A stretch of DNA of 63,502 nt, filler included. It is 4 parts of 4 records of this genome, joined end to end, with 100 filler letters (N's around TTAATTAATTAA, not from the genome) between each part and the next. Parts side by side here need not be neighbours in the genome. Positions count along the whole stretch, not along the records: positions 1 to 25,968 come from SRR20825019_504; 3 more parts are not named here. The stretch is one strand, 5' to 3'. How positions within the stretch are numbered: position 1 is the stretch's first letter; each line of letters begins with the position of its first letter. This document shows, in pieces, positions 1 through 10,034 of this stretch. Made by a program: the position numbers and the translations under genes. A model generated the notes under the pieces. That model ran no database searches. It was given only the letters and a program-made list of their open reading frames with translations, and had not been told where the DNA came from.

Positions 1-323
1 TCCAGCGTGCGACAGCAATTCGGCTTTTCCTGCCGACAGGCAATGCACTGGCCACAGCTCAAATAGGGTTCCACCGCGCAATGATCACCGATGGCCAAGT
101 GTTTGACGCTCTCACCGACAACCAAGACCTCGACACCCAATTCGTGACCGAGAATTCGCGGATAAGTGAAGAATGGCTGACGCCCCGCAAACGCATGCAG
201 ATCCGTGCCGCAAACCCCGATGCGATGAATGCGAATCAATGCTTCGTCCGCAGCCGGGGTGCTATCTGCCTGAGTGTCAGCCGTGACGAATTTGCCCGGT
301 TCTTGGAGGATTAAGGTATGCAT
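1..323 (-). CDS. Zn-dependent alcohol dehydrogenase (L-galactonate 5-dehydrogenase-like), 3'-truncated by the window edge
   Basis: Manual translation, not in the ORF track: MHTLILQEPG...RIGVCGTDLHAFAGRQPFFTYPRILGHELGVEV...EPYLSCGQCIACRQEKPNCC. Has the MDR catalytic CGTD/GHE motifs and the structural-Zn CxxCxxC...C. Confidence 0.9.
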   Translation of the reverse strand, partial: MHTLILQEPGKFVTADTQADSTPAADEALIRIHRIGVCGTDLHAFAGRQPFFTYPRILGHELGVEVLVVGESVKHLAIGDHCAVEPYLSCGQCIACRQEKPNCCRTL

Positions 324-345
324 GTATAAATGTGGGGGAGTGAGT

Positions 346-431
346 GACCGCCCTCCGTTGCCAAGGCTATGGAGGACAGGCTGGGTGATCTGTTGGTGAT
401 TCGCGGGCGGCCTAGCGGTCCGTCCCTACCA
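346..431. repeat. Intergenic palindromes: CCTCCGTTGCCAAGGCTATGGAGG and a GTAG-type REP (minus strand GTAGGGACGGACCGCTAGGCCGCCC)
   Basis: Visible hairpins. The REP resembles GTAGGGAACGGACCGCTGGTCGTCCGC at about 11875. Confidence 0.6.
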
Positions 432-432
432 T

Positions 433-1383
433 TTAGCGAATTAGCGGATCGTGATTATCGGGGAGGCCACGCGTGAAATTGTGATTATGGATCGGTTGAA
501 GAATATCGAGAACCTTTGCGAGAAGCGCTTCGTCAATCTTCTCGGCCGCGTAGGCAACATTCTTACGGATATTCTCGGGATTGGCTGTGCCCACCAAGGT
601 CGTCGCAATCTCCGGATGACTGATCGAATACTGCACGGCGAGTTTCACAATATCTGCGCCCACCGATTCGCAATAAGCGACGGCCCGTCGACACCCTTCG
701 ATGAGCGTTGGGGAGGCCGGATGCCAATCCGGCGCACCTCGCGAGGTGAGCACGCCCATTCCCGTCGGTGAAGCGTTGATCACGCCGACCCGCTTTTCCT
801 TAAAATAGGGCAGCAACGATTCGAGTGAGGTGTCATTCAGCTCGTAATGACAGAACGAGAGAATCGTTTCGACCATCCCGGCATCAACCTGATCGATGAC
901 CTTGCGGAAAATATTCAGTGGCAATCCGGTGATCCCCACATGTCCGATGCGCCCGGCCTGTTTGAGTTTCTGCAGTGCGGGTAACGTCTCGTTCACAATC
1001 TGGCTGAGCTCCACGAATTCGATGTCGTGGCACTGGAGGAGATCGATGTAGTCCACGCCGAGTCGCGCACAGCTCTCATCGAGACTGCGGGTGACGCGAT
1101 CCGCCGAGAAATCAAAGGTGTTCCCATACTGGCCGACTTTTGTAGCGAGATAATAGCGGTCGCGATTGATGTCTCGCAGCGCTTTCCCGAGAACAGTCTC
1201 CGCCTTGGTGTCGCCATAATAGGGCGATACGTCGATGAAGTTGATGCCGAGATCCAGCGCGGTATGGACGGTGCGGATACTCTCGGCATCATCGGTCTCG
1301 CGAAATACACTGCCGAGCGAGGACGCTCCAAAACTGAGGGTTGATACATTGAGGCCAGTCTGGCCAAGCGCACGATATTCCAT
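433..1383 (-). CDS. Aldo/keto reductase, L-galactose/L-fucose dehydrogenase-like
   Basis: MEYRALGQTGLNVS, DVSPYYG, LATKVG, LGVDYIDLLQCHDIEF: AKR catalytic D-Y-K-H pattern of the L-galactose dehydrogenase subfamily. Confidence 0.85.
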   Translation of the reverse strand: MEYRALGQTGLNVSTLSFGASSLGSVFRETDDAESIRTVHTALDLGINFIDVSPYYGDTKAETVLGKALRDINRDRYYLATKVGQYGNTFDFSADRVTRSLDESCARLGVDYIDLLQCHDIEFVELSQIVNETLPALQKLKQAGRIGHVGITGLPLNIFRKVIDQVDAGMVETILSFCHYELNDTSLESLLPYFKEKRVGVINASPTGMGVLTSRGAPDWHPASPTLIEGCRRAVAYCESVGADIVKLAVQYSISHPEIATTLVGTANPENIRKNVAYAAEKIDEALLAKVLDILQPIHNHNFTRGLPDNHDPLIR

Positions 1384-1769
1384 CAGGCGGATTCGATGAT
1401 CATGTTGGCGTATTGGGTGGTGTCGCCGGTGCGGATCAATCCGATGGCGGAAGGCACCCGTTTCTTCAGGGACACATGCGATTCGAATTCAAGGCTCGAT
1501 CCGATCGCACTTTGAAAGGCGGCCAGCGTGTCGGCGGTATTCGCAGACTTAAATTCCTCGGCCATGCGCACACTGCCGTAGTCGAAGTTGTCTTTGATCG
1601 CTGCGAACACCTGGAGCACGGTGGGCACATCATCGATCAACGAAATGTCCACGGTTTCGATCTGCGGCCAAAAGGGGAAACCGCGATCAGAAATCACGAG
1701 GGTGTTGGTGTGCCGAATCCGGGAAACGAGTTCGAGGATGCGGGGGTTAAGAATTCCGGTGCGAAGCAT
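1383..1769 (-). CDS. RbsD/FucU family sugar mutarotase/pyranase
   Basis: MLRTGILN...RHTNTLVISDRGFP...IRTGDTTQYANMIIES. Start taken at MLRTG. Confidence 0.9.
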   Translation of the reverse strand: MLRTGILNPRILELVSRIRHTNTLVISDRGFPFWPQIETVDISLIDDVPTVLQVFAAIKDNFDYGSVRMAEEFKSANTADTLAAFQSAIGSSLEFESHVSLKKRVPSAIGLIRTGDTTQYANMIIESA

Positions 1770-1821
1770 AGTGGGAGGGGGATTAAGAAACGGGATGAGG
1801 GAAATAATCCTCAACAGCCTT

Positions 1822-1914
1822 TGTCATTCTGAGCATCGCGAAGAATCCATCGGCAACGCCACGTTTGGCCATGGGTGCATCTGCACTGGATTCTTCACTT
1901 CGTTCAGAATGACA
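1822..1914. repeat. Long inverted-repeat element TGTCATTCTGAGC..GAAGAATCCA / TGGATTCTTC..GTTCAGAATGACA (copy 1)
   Basis: Self-complementary arms of about 28 nt. A second copy lies at 26512-26606. Confidence 0.85.
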
Positions 1915-1935
1915 CATTGATTAAAACAAAACATG

Positions 1936-3423
1936 TCACTCTCCAACCGCGGCCTTCGGATGAGCTTTGGCTAATGCGTCGGCCCCGTCGGCACGACCGG
2001 TTTCACGGAGGCGTTTCAAATAATCGGGCAACACGCCACGGGTGTGCAACGGCCCGCCTTCGAGCATCACCGTGCGCATCGGGTCGTCGGGGTGGGTGGC
2101 CGTATCCAAAATCTCGCCCATCCATTTATCGAGGAGTGCGATCCCTTGGTTGCTCACATCGGCGTGCGTGGGGGCGAGATCGTTTTGGAGATGCGGATCC
2201 TCCTTCACGTTGAAGAGCATCACGGGAGGGAAACCATGATAACCGTCGTGATAGGAACGGATGCAGAGCCAGTCGCCCCAGCGAATCGAACGCTGGCAAC
2301 TCCACGCCATTTGCGAGAGCACCAGCTCCGTGCGATGATCGGCGGGTTGATCGCTCGAGAATTGTTTCGCGAAACTCTGGCTATCCCAATCGGCGGGCAC
2401 ATCACCACCGGCGAGTTCCAGCATGGTCGCGGCCATGTCACCTTGATAAAGAAGCGAGTCATCCACGCGGCCGCGTTTGATCGAAACACTCTTCGGGGGA
2501 CGGATAATCAACGGCACGCGTGAGGTAATCGTATCGGCCGTCTGGTGATCGCCGTAGATATTAAACTCGCCGAGGTTCTCGCCGTGGTCGGAGGAAATGA
2601 TCACCCAGGTATCCTCGAGCCAACCGCGTGCTTCCACCGCCTGGAGCACGCGCTCAATCGTGCGATCGGCGTAGAGGACACCCGTATCGTAGCCGTCGAA
2701 AACTTTGCGGGCATCCGCCATCGTATTGATCTCGGTGGGCTGACGCGGGAAAGGTTGATTAAAAGGATACTCGGCATCGAAACCGCAGACTTCGCGCGCC
2801 GAATGCGGACCATATCCCGCACGGTGTTTGGCGAGCACCTCTTCCGTATACCAAGCGGGGAGCGGCGTCTCCGCAAACGGTTCACCAAATTCGTCCGGCG
2901 TGTTGTAGGGGGTGTGCGGATCCCAGACATTGACGTGGAGAAAGAAGTTATCCGCATCGTCCGGCTGACGGTTTACCCAATCGAGCGCGAGTGGTTCGAC
3001 CACATCGGCATTTTCCAATCCACCGCCGCCGTTGTTATAGATTTCGTTGAATCCCGCATACCAGTGCCAGGCAGAATGGCGTTCGCCAAAGCTGCTGATC
3101 GTGCAGGTGCGCAGTCCCTGATCGTGGAGACAACGCATCCAGTTATTCCGGCCATGCTCGGAGACGAAGTCGCGTCGCACACCCTCATTAAACATCTCCG
3201 AAGCCGTGCCGCCGTGGTTGACGACGCCGTTGTGAATGCCGAAGCGACCGCTGAACAGTGCGGTGCGCGAGGGCAGGCAAGGCGCATCGGAAACGTGGCA
3301 TCCGGTAAACTGCACGCCTTGGGCCGCCAGGCGGTCGATGCAAGGGCTCGTCGCCCGGTGGTAACCATAGCAGCCGAGATGATCGGCTCTGAGAGAATCA
3401 ATATCGAAGTAGAGAATGCGCAT
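1936..3423 (-). CDS. Sulfatase (S1, Cys-type formylglycine)
   Basis: DIDSLRADHLGCYGY, CLPSRTALFSGR, DPHTPY, SSDHGE motifs. No signal peptide evident. Confidence 0.92.
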   Translation of the reverse strand: MRILYFDIDSLRADHLGCYGYHRATSPCIDRLAAQGVQFTGCHVSDAPCLPSRTALFSGRFGIHNGVVNHGGTASEMFNEGVRRDFVSEHGRNNWMRCLHDQGLRTCTISSFGERHSAWHWYAGFNEIYNNGGGGLENADVVEPLALDWVNRQPDDADNFFLHVNVWDPHTPYNTPDEFGEPFAETPLPAWYTEEVLAKHRAGYGPHSAREVCGFDAEYPFNQPFPRQPTEINTMADARKVFDGYDTGVLYADRTIERVLQAVEARGWLEDTWVIISSDHGENLGEFNIYGDHQTADTITSRVPLIIRPPKSVSIKRGRVDDSLLYQGDMAATMLELAGGDVPADWDSQSFAKQFSSDQPADHRTELVLSQMAWSCQRSIRWGDWLCIRSYHDGYHGFPPVMLFNVKEDPHLQNDLAPTHADVSNQGIALLDKWMGEILDTATHPDDPMRTVMLEGGPLHTRGVLPDYLKRLRETGRADGADALAKAHPKAAVGE

Positions 3424-3629
3424 GGGGAGGGGAATGTCTCAAAATCAGTCCTTTAACTAACTCACTTCCAATGCAATGAAGCAGGCACTTCGTCGCAATC
3501 GGAAAAGCGCGTCACACCACGGTTCCGTCCGCTGAAACGCTCAATCTCCCTGTTGTTTCAGAAACAAAATATTCTTAAATACTGTCTCAATTTGTTTACC
3601 AAATCGCGCTCGGTGTTCTCACTATAGTC

Positions 3630-5453
3630 ATGATTTCGATTCCGTCAGCCAAACGCCTCATTGCTGGAATCGTTATCGCATGCGGTTCCTTAGCGGGATT
3701 CGCTTCCGAGCCAGCGGCGAGTCCAGTGGTTGAGCTGCCTCCGTTTTATTTGGAGCATTCGCTACGGCCACCATGGAAACACGCCACCGTGCCCGGGGTG
3801 GAAGTGCTTTCCCGCTGCTCCGACGAGATAACCGAGCGATTGATCGATCGTCAGCATCGACTGCATGAATTACTCGCCTTGATTCTCCCTCCGGAGTTTC
3901 AGCTGCAACATGATGTGCCGCGTAGCTTCGTGCTGAATAATTTTCAAACCCAGCCGCAAATCAGTGAGGCACTGGTCTCGGAGCTGACAGAGGGAATACG
4001 TTCATCCGACAATCCTCAACAAAAGAAGCAGGTTCAGTTTCTGAGCAATTTTCGATTTTGGGACCGCGATTCCATGGCGGTGTATTTCGTCCTCGATTCG
4101 CTGAGTTTTGATCGCACCACCGTGACGCTCACGCCGGGCTATTTGCTTTATCTCATGGAGAATCGCACCCCGGCACTGCCACGCTGGTTTATTGAAGGTA
4201 TGATGGAACTCTACCGGACCATCAGTCTGCCCGTTGCGCCGATTGTGCCTCCGTTTGACCCCGGTCTGGGGATCAATACGAGCCCTAACGTGAATCCGGA
4301 GGAAATCGATCTGGCGGTCATCGCCCCGTTTGTCTGGCTTTCCCGTGAGCAGACCAAGGAGATGATTGAGATGGCGGGAGGTGCCTTTGTTCAGAGCGGC
4401 TATCTGCGTTTCCCCGATGGAATGGAGCCGATGCCCCTCAAACAGGTGCTGATGAGTGCGATTCCCGCTGACACTTCCGGAGCCCATCGTGCGCTTTGGC
4501 GCAATCAAGCTGCTCTCTTTATTCGATGGGCGTTGGATCCCAATCCGACCGAGTTGAACGGGGTGCGCAGCAAGGCTGGTCTCGCCGAAGAGTTCAGAGG
4601 CTCAAATCCGTTGTGGAATTTTCTGGATCGAGCCAGTCGTGAACCGGTCACTGAAGCCCTGTTCACGGAGTGCTTTGGAGAATCGTTTGAGAAAGTGGGG
4701 GCGCGCCTGAGGCGTTACTTGCCGGCAGCCACTCTCAAAGGCAGCACGATCCGTTTGTATCCCGAACGGAGCATCGAACCACCGGCCTTCGTGATCGACG
4801 ATGCCAGTATCGAGCAAATCAGTCGGATCAGAGGCCGTTTGGAACGTCTGGAAATTGCTTACGTCAAAGAGCTCTATCCCGAACTGACTGATCGTTACGT
4901 CCAACAGGCGCGAAAAACATTGAGGCGGTCCTACGACCGGGAAGACCGTGATCCCCGGCTACTGGCCGAATTGGGACTTTGCGAAATCGACGCCGGAGAT
5001 GATCGCACCGCCGAACCGTTTTTGACCGCCGCCGCCAAAGCACGGGTCATTCATCCCCGGGTCTATTTTGAACTAACCCGAATCAAGTTCGCCGCGATTC
5101 GAGCCGCTCATCCTGAATCCGGAGTGACCTCCCGGCACGTCGAGGAACTGTTGGGAATACTTGCGACTGCCCTCGAGCAATCACCTGCCTTGCCAGAGGT
5201 CTATGAGCTCCTCACGAAAATCCGGTTGAGCAGTCAGGAAACACTTTCGAGCGAACAATTCGCCCAATTGAGTCGAGGCGTGCAGGCATTTCCGGCCAGC
5301 TTCCGTTTAAGATACGGATTGGCGCTCTTGCTGGCGCGACAGGGTGAGATCGACAGGATGCACGCCGAAATCTCCGCAGGTCTGCAATGGATCTCTGATT
5401 CACGAGAGAAAGATAAACTGAGATCGCTCACGTCAGTAGCCCACGGAATCTGA
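3630..5453 (+). CDS. Secreted hypothetical protein, DUF1570/gluzincin-like core with a TPR-like C-terminus (paralog 1)
   Basis: 607-aa ORF with a signal peptide, PRWFIEGMMELY motif and helical C-terminus. Clear paralog of the next gene. Confidence 0.7.
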   Translation: MISIPSAKRLIAGIVIACGSLAGFASEPAASPVVELPPFYLEHSLRPPWKHATVPGVEVLSRCSDEITERLIDRQHRLHELLALILPPEFQLQHDVPRSFVLNNFQTQPQISEALVSELTEGIRSSDNPQQKKQVQFLSNFRFWDRDSMAVYFVLDSLSFDRTTVTLTPGYLLYLMENRTPALPRWFIEGMMELYRTISLPVAPIVPPFDPGLGINTSPNVNPEEIDLAVIAPFVWLSREQTKEMIEMAGGAFVQSGYLRFPDGMEPMPLKQVLMSAIPADTSGAHRALWRNQAALFIRWALDPNPTELNGVRSKAGLAEEFRGSNPLWNFLDRASREPVTEALFTECFGESFEKVGARLRRYLPAATLKGSTIRLYPERSIEPPAFVIDDASIEQISRIRGRLERLEIAYVKELYPELTDRYVQQARKTLRRSYDREDRDPRLLAELGLCEIDAGDDRTAEPFLTAAAKARVIHPRVYFELTRIKFAAIRAAHPESGVTSRHVEELLGILATALEQSPALPEVYELLTKIRLSSQETLSSEQFAQLSRGVQAFPASFRLRYGLALLLARQGEIDRMHAEISAGLQWISDSREKDKLRSLTSVAHGI

Positions 5454-5606
5454 CTTACGCCCAGGAGAGCAGCTGCCCATCGTATCGACGTCGGATTAGC
5501 CTGAGTTCTGGTTGATTTCTTGGACTCCAGAGAGACTGCCGTTTTTTCAGGAAAACTTTGCCTTAAACGTTACCTCATCCCGACACTGGCGTCTCACTTT
5601 TGTCCC

Positions 5607-7400
5607 ATGGCTACCCCATACCATCACCGACCTTGGATCGCAGGCCTGATCAGCCTCATCTGCCTCTGCAATATTCTCTCTGCTCAGAAGGAAAACGGCC
5701 AGATTATCGAGCTACCGCCGTTTGTCATCGAGGAGTCGTTAACGCCTCCCTGGCGCTATGCCGCGATTCCCGGAGTCGAAGTTATCTCCCGCACTCCCGA
5801 CCGAATCACCAAACAGTTGATCACGGGGCATCATCGGTTGCACACCCTGCTCGCGTTGATGATCCCGCGGGAACTTCAGCTCCAGCGGGACAAGCCGTTG
5901 CAATACGTGGTTTACATCGAGGAGAACCAATCCGCCGGCATGAGGGAGATGGTGGCCAGTATCGAAGAGCAGGAAAAGGAAGCCATGGCGGCATCGCCCC
6001 ACAGCAATAATTTTAATGCGGCCGATGTGACCGTAGGTTACATGCCGAACTTCCGCTTCTGGGATCAGGATTCGCTCTCGATCTTCTTCGTCGTCGATTT
6101 GCTGAGTGATGACCGCGACGAAATCACGTTGTCCGCCAGTTACGTGCGCTATCTGCTCGAAGATCGCACCCCCTCGTTGCCGCGGTGGTATCTCGAAGGC
6201 ATGATGGAGCTCTATCCTTCGGCACTCTTTTCCGAACCACCACTCGAAACGTCCTCAAACCCGCTCGTCTCGCAGACCATCACCAAAACGAGAACCACCC
6301 GACTCGGCATTACGATGAAAGCCTTTACCTGGGGTTCAGGCCAGGAGGCCAAACTCCTTAAGAAGAATCCCCGCAAGGCTCCGGACCTTTTGCCGTTGGC
6401 CACTTTGTTCACCTTAACGGCGGCGGATCTAGAGAATCCTCAAAAACAGAGTCTCTGGAAAAACCAGTCGGCCCTGTTCATTCGCTGGGTCCTCGATCCT
6501 CAGTCTCATAAAAATAAATCCACGGAAAAGTCTTATCCGGATGCACTACGCGAGTTTGTCAGTCGCAGCAGTGTCGAGTCTCCCACCGAGCAACTCTTTC
6601 GGGAATGCTTCGGGCTGGGTTACGCCGACGCCCACAAGGAATTAACCGCCTATTTGCCGAAAGCCCTTCGCCAGTCCTTTGATCTTTATCCCGATAAGTC
6701 CATCGCGACGCCATCCTACACACTGCGCGATGCCACGGGTCTGGAAATCAGCCGAATCAAGGGGGGATTGGCCCGACTCGAAATCGGTTACGTGCGCGCA
6801 CGCTATCCCACGTTGACCGAACAATACATCAACCAGGCCCGCCGGGTTTTGCGCACCGCCTACGATCAGGGTTCCCGTGATCCTGAACTCCTGGTTGAGC
6901 TTGGTTTGGCGGAATGCGATGCGCTCAATGGAGAAGCGGCGATACCCTATCTTCGGGCAGCCACGGACGCCGGAGTAATCCGGCCCCGGGCCTACTACGA
7001 GCTCGCCCGGATCGAACATGAGCGACTGAGCGAAGAAGGACAAACCGTCAAAAGTGCCCCGGAAGACTATGCGGCGATTTTCGATCTCTTGAAAACAGCC
7101 CGGGAGCAGTCTCCATCCTTGGTGGAAATCTACGAGCTCTCTACCCGGATCTGGATGGCGAGTGAAATGGAACCTACCGATGAAATTGAGGAGATCCTTC
7201 AGGAAGGGCTGCGATTCCATTCCCGCCATCATAAGCTCATTCTCGCGGCGGCACTTTATCGCACCATGTTTTGGCAAAACGAAGCGGCCCAATCCTTGAT
7301 TGATCAAGGTTTACAATCGGCCTCTTCATCCAAGGAGCGCGAGACGCTGCTTCGCCTGCGGACGATGATCGCCGAAGCAGCCAAACAGTCATCCTCTTAA
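5607..7400 (+). CDS. Secreted hypothetical protein, paralog 2
   Basis: Shares the ELPPF, PPW, NFRFWD, PRWxxEGMMELY, QxALFIRW and ECFG blocks with 3630-5453. Start taken at MATPY. Confidence 0.7.
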   Translation: MATPYHHRPWIAGLISLICLCNILSAQKENGQIIELPPFVIEESLTPPWRYAAIPGVEVISRTPDRITKQLITGHHRLHTLLALMIPRELQLQRDKPLQYVVYIEENQSAGMREMVASIEEQEKEAMAASPHSNNFNAADVTVGYMPNFRFWDQDSLSIFFVVDLLSDDRDEITLSASYVRYLLEDRTPSLPRWYLEGMMELYPSALFSEPPLETSSNPLVSQTITKTRTTRLGITMKAFTWGSGQEAKLLKKNPRKAPDLLPLATLFTLTAADLENPQKQSLWKNQSALFIRWVLDPQSHKNKSTEKSYPDALREFVSRSSVESPTEQLFRECFGLGYADAHKELTAYLPKALRQSFDLYPDKSIATPSYTLRDATGLEISRIKGGLARLEIGYVRARYPTLTEQYINQARRVLRTAYDQGSRDPELLVELGLAECDALNGEAAIPYLRAATDAGVIRPRAYYELARIEHERLSEEGQTVKSAPEDYAAIFDLLKTAREQSPSLVEIYELSTRIWMASEMEPTDEIEEILQEGLRFHSRHHKLILAAALYRTMFWQNEAAQSLIDQGLQSASSSKERETLLRLRTMIAEAAKQSSS

Positions 7401-7401
7401 G

Positions 7402-8154
7402 CTAGAGCAGGGGAGGCTCCTGCTGTCGTTCACGATGGAGTCGCGCAAGCATCTCTCGCCAATGCGCATCCTCCAGTTCACGACGTTTCACCGAGCGATA
7501 CTCGGCATCGCCCGCCATGAATATAAATAGAAAAAGGAGCGAACCCAGCCAGTGATCCCACCAGAACAGCATCAGGAGCATTCCGGCAATGGAGAGCACT
7601 TTCCCCACTTGCGCGGCCCAACGCGTTGCATTGAGGTAAGTGAGTTTGGTCGCCAAAAGCGCGCGAAAAATACGCCCCCCGTCCATCGGAAAAACCGGCA
7701 CGAGATTGAACAGACCCATGGCCAGATTTGCCCACAGGAGCTGATAGAGCAGCCCTTCGGCTGAATAAAAAAGAATCTGCTGCGGTAGCATGGTGACAGG
7801 CCACCAGAGCAGGGCGGCCAAAATGAAATTCACCGCCGGACCTGCAAACGTGATCACGAGCTCCTTGCTCGGTTGACGAGGAAGCGAATCAAACTCCGCC
7901 ATGCCGCCGATCGGCATGAGCAAAATCCGGCGAACCCCCACGCCATAGCGTCGCGCTGCGAATGAATGCCCCAGCTCGTGCAGCACCACACAGACAAAAA
8001 ACGCCGTGACCGTCAGCACGCTCCAAATCAACCCCGCCCAGGTCTGGGCCGTCCATCCCTGATACCCCACGTAAGCGAGGAGTAGGAAAAAACTATAGTG
8101 GATCGAGAGAGGAATTCCTCCAATTCGAAAAAGGTGCAATGACCACGACGACAT
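7402..8154 (-). CDS. Site-2 protease, peptidase M50 family
   Basis: VVLHELGH, AGPAVN and FNLVPVFPMDGGR motifs; multiple TM segments. Confidence 0.93.
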   Translation of the reverse strand: MSSWSLHLFRIGGIPLSIHYSFFLLLAYVGYQGWTAQTWAGLIWSVLTVTAFFVCVVLHELGHSFAARRYGVGVRRILLMPIGGMAEFDSLPRQPSKELVITFAGPAVNFILAALLWWPVTMLPQQILFYSAEGLLYQLLWANLAMGLFNLVPVFPMDGGRIFRALLATKLTYLNATRWAAQVGKVLSIAGMLLMLFWWDHWLGSLLFLFIFMAGDAEYRSVKRRELEDAHWREMLARLHRERQQEPPLL

Positions 8155-8225
8155 GTTAGGCACGAAAACGCACACTTGCGGTTTCGCCAGTGTGAAGTTG
8201 AAACTTAACTTTCACGTCCATCACT

Positions 8226-9635
8226 ATGTCCGCCACCGAACCCAACACGATCCTCATTATCGATGATGACACCGAAGTGCGTTATTCGCTTTCGCGTGTG
8301 CTCACTTCCAAAGGATACCACGTTTCCGAAGCCGGCAGCGGTGAAGAAGGCGTTGCCGCCGTTAAAAAAGGTCCGGCCCCTGATTTGATTTTTCTCGATG
8401 TGCGGATGGGTGGCATGAGCGGAATCGAGGCGTTGCAGCACATTTGCTCTGCCAATCGCAAACAGCTGGTCATTCTGATGACGGCTTTCGGCACGGCTCA
8501 GACGGCGATCGAAGCGATGAAATACGGCGCGTTCGATTACATCATGAAACCCTTTGATCCGGAGAAGGTGCTCTCTCTCGCTTCCAAGGCCCTGCAGGCC
8601 CATGCGGATCTCAGTGCGGTCGGGGATTATCAACCCAAGGTCAATGTCGACGACTACCGCGAAGGCATCGTCGGCGCAGCTCCGGTCATGCAGGATGTCT
8701 TCAAGACCATCGGCCAGGTCACCGCGAGTGATGTCACGGTGATGATTACGGGGGAAAGTGGCACCGGCAAGGAGCTGATCGCCAATTCGATTTGGAAGCA
8801 CTCTCATCGCTCCTCGAAGGAATTTATCGCCGTCAACTGTGCGGCCATTCCCGACAACCTGATCGAGAGCGAACTCTTCGGTCACGAAAAGGGCTCATTC
8901 ACCGGTGCGACTACCCAACGCATCGGCAAGTTCGAACTCTGCGATGGCGGCACGATCTTTCTCGATGAGATCGGCGACATGGCACTCGCCACTCAAACGA
9001 AAATTTTGCGGGTGCTCCAACAAGGCGAGATTCAGCGGGTGGGGGGAACCAACTCGTTGAAGGTCGACGTCCGCATTATCGCCGCGACCAACAAGGATCT
9101 CGAATCCATGGTGAAGGCCAAAACCTTCCGTGAAGATCTCTATTATCGCCTCAATGTCGTGCGGATTAAAATGCCGCCCTTGCGGGAACGCGCTGAAGAT
9201 ATCCCGCAAATCGTCGATTTCTGCCTGCAAAAACTGGCCAAAGAGAAGAAGACCCGCGTGACCAAGGTTTCCGCGGAAGCTCTTGGTTTACTCAAGAAAC
9301 ACAACTGGCCCGGCAATGTGCGCGAGTTGGAAAACACGATTTACCGCAGTGCCGTCATTGCGCAGGGCGATGCGATTCTCGTCACCGATCTTCCGGCTGA
9401 ACTGGGCGGTTCCGCCAGTGAGTCACGGCCGCCGATCCCGACCGAAGGCGCATCCACTCTCACCGTGACCAGCGCCTTGGATTTCCTTTTCGAACAGCTC
9501 TTGGACAGCGATATGCTCCCCACCGTGCAACGCGAGCTCGCCCAACGCACCCTCGATACACTCGACGGCGATGAAGCCGCCACCGCCAAGAAACTCGGGA
9601 TCACCAAACCGGCGCTGAAGAAGCTGCTCGGCTAA
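8226..9635 (+). CDS. Sigma-54-dependent response regulator (NtrC/AtoC family)
   Basis: REC domain (IIDDD, FLDVRM), AAA+ [39 protein letters not shown], and a C-terminal Fis-like HTH. Confidence 0.95.
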   Translation: MSATEPNTILIIDDDTEVRYSLSRVLTSKGYHVSEAGSGEEGVAAVKKGPAPDLIFLDVRMGGMSGIEALQHICSANRKQLVILMTAFGTAQTAIEAMKYGAFDYIMKPFDPEKVLSLASKALQAHADLSAVGDYQPKVNVDDYREGIVGAAPVMQDVFKTIGQVTASDVTVMITGESGTGKELIANSIWKHSHRSSKEFIAVNCAAIPDNLIESELFGHEKGSFTGATTQRIGKFELCDGGTIFLDEIGDMALATQTKILRVLQQGEIQRVGGTNSLKVDVRIIAATNKDLESMVKAKTFREDLYYRLNVVRIKMPPLRERAEDIPQIVDFCLQKLAKEKKTRVTKVSAEALGLLKKHNWPGNVRELENTIYRSAVIAQGDAILVTDLPAELGGSASESRPPIPTEGASTLTVTSALDFLFEQLLDSDMLPTVQRELAQRTLDTLDGDEAATAKKLGITKPALKKLLG

Positions 9636-9654
9636 GTTCCCGGGATCGTTCCGT

Positions 9655-9938
9655 TCCGACCTCAGCGAGGTCGGCTACATTCAACCCACGATTCAACTTG
9701 GTCACTACGAGCGTGAACGTGTGGCCCGCTCGTATTGTCGCCGGGGGCGTTGACCCCGGTCCGTGGCAAGATTCGGGCGCGGACTAGCCGCGCCCCTACC
9801 TGACTGCCGTAGGGGCGTGCCCGTATTAATTGAATCACCCGTAGCCCGTTTGATTTTAGATGACTCGTAGGGGCGTGCCTTGAGCGCGCCCGTATTAATT
9901 AATTCCCCCGTAGGGGCGTGCCTTGCGCACGCCCGCAT
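9655..9938. repeat. Cluster of GTAG-type REP palindromes
   Basis: CCGACCTCAGCGAGGTCGGCTAC; GGGCGCGGACTAGCCGCGCCCCTAC; three GTAGGGGCGTGCC... copies (about 9809, 9867, 9910), two followed by GCCCGTATTAATT. Confidence 0.8.
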
Positions 9939-10034
9939 TAGACGAGAAGCACGCGCCTAGAGCCACTCGACCCGAGAGCGACTTTCTGCACGCTCCGTCT
10001 TTACATGGCGCGACACTTTGTTCGTGCTACCGCG

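Noticed and set aside
81-314. 77-aa + strand ORF
   Set aside because: Antisense shadow of the Zn-dehydrogenase on the minus strand.
8880-8910. GSFTGA instead of GAFTGA in the enhancer-binding protein
   Set aside because: A common functional variant; not notable.
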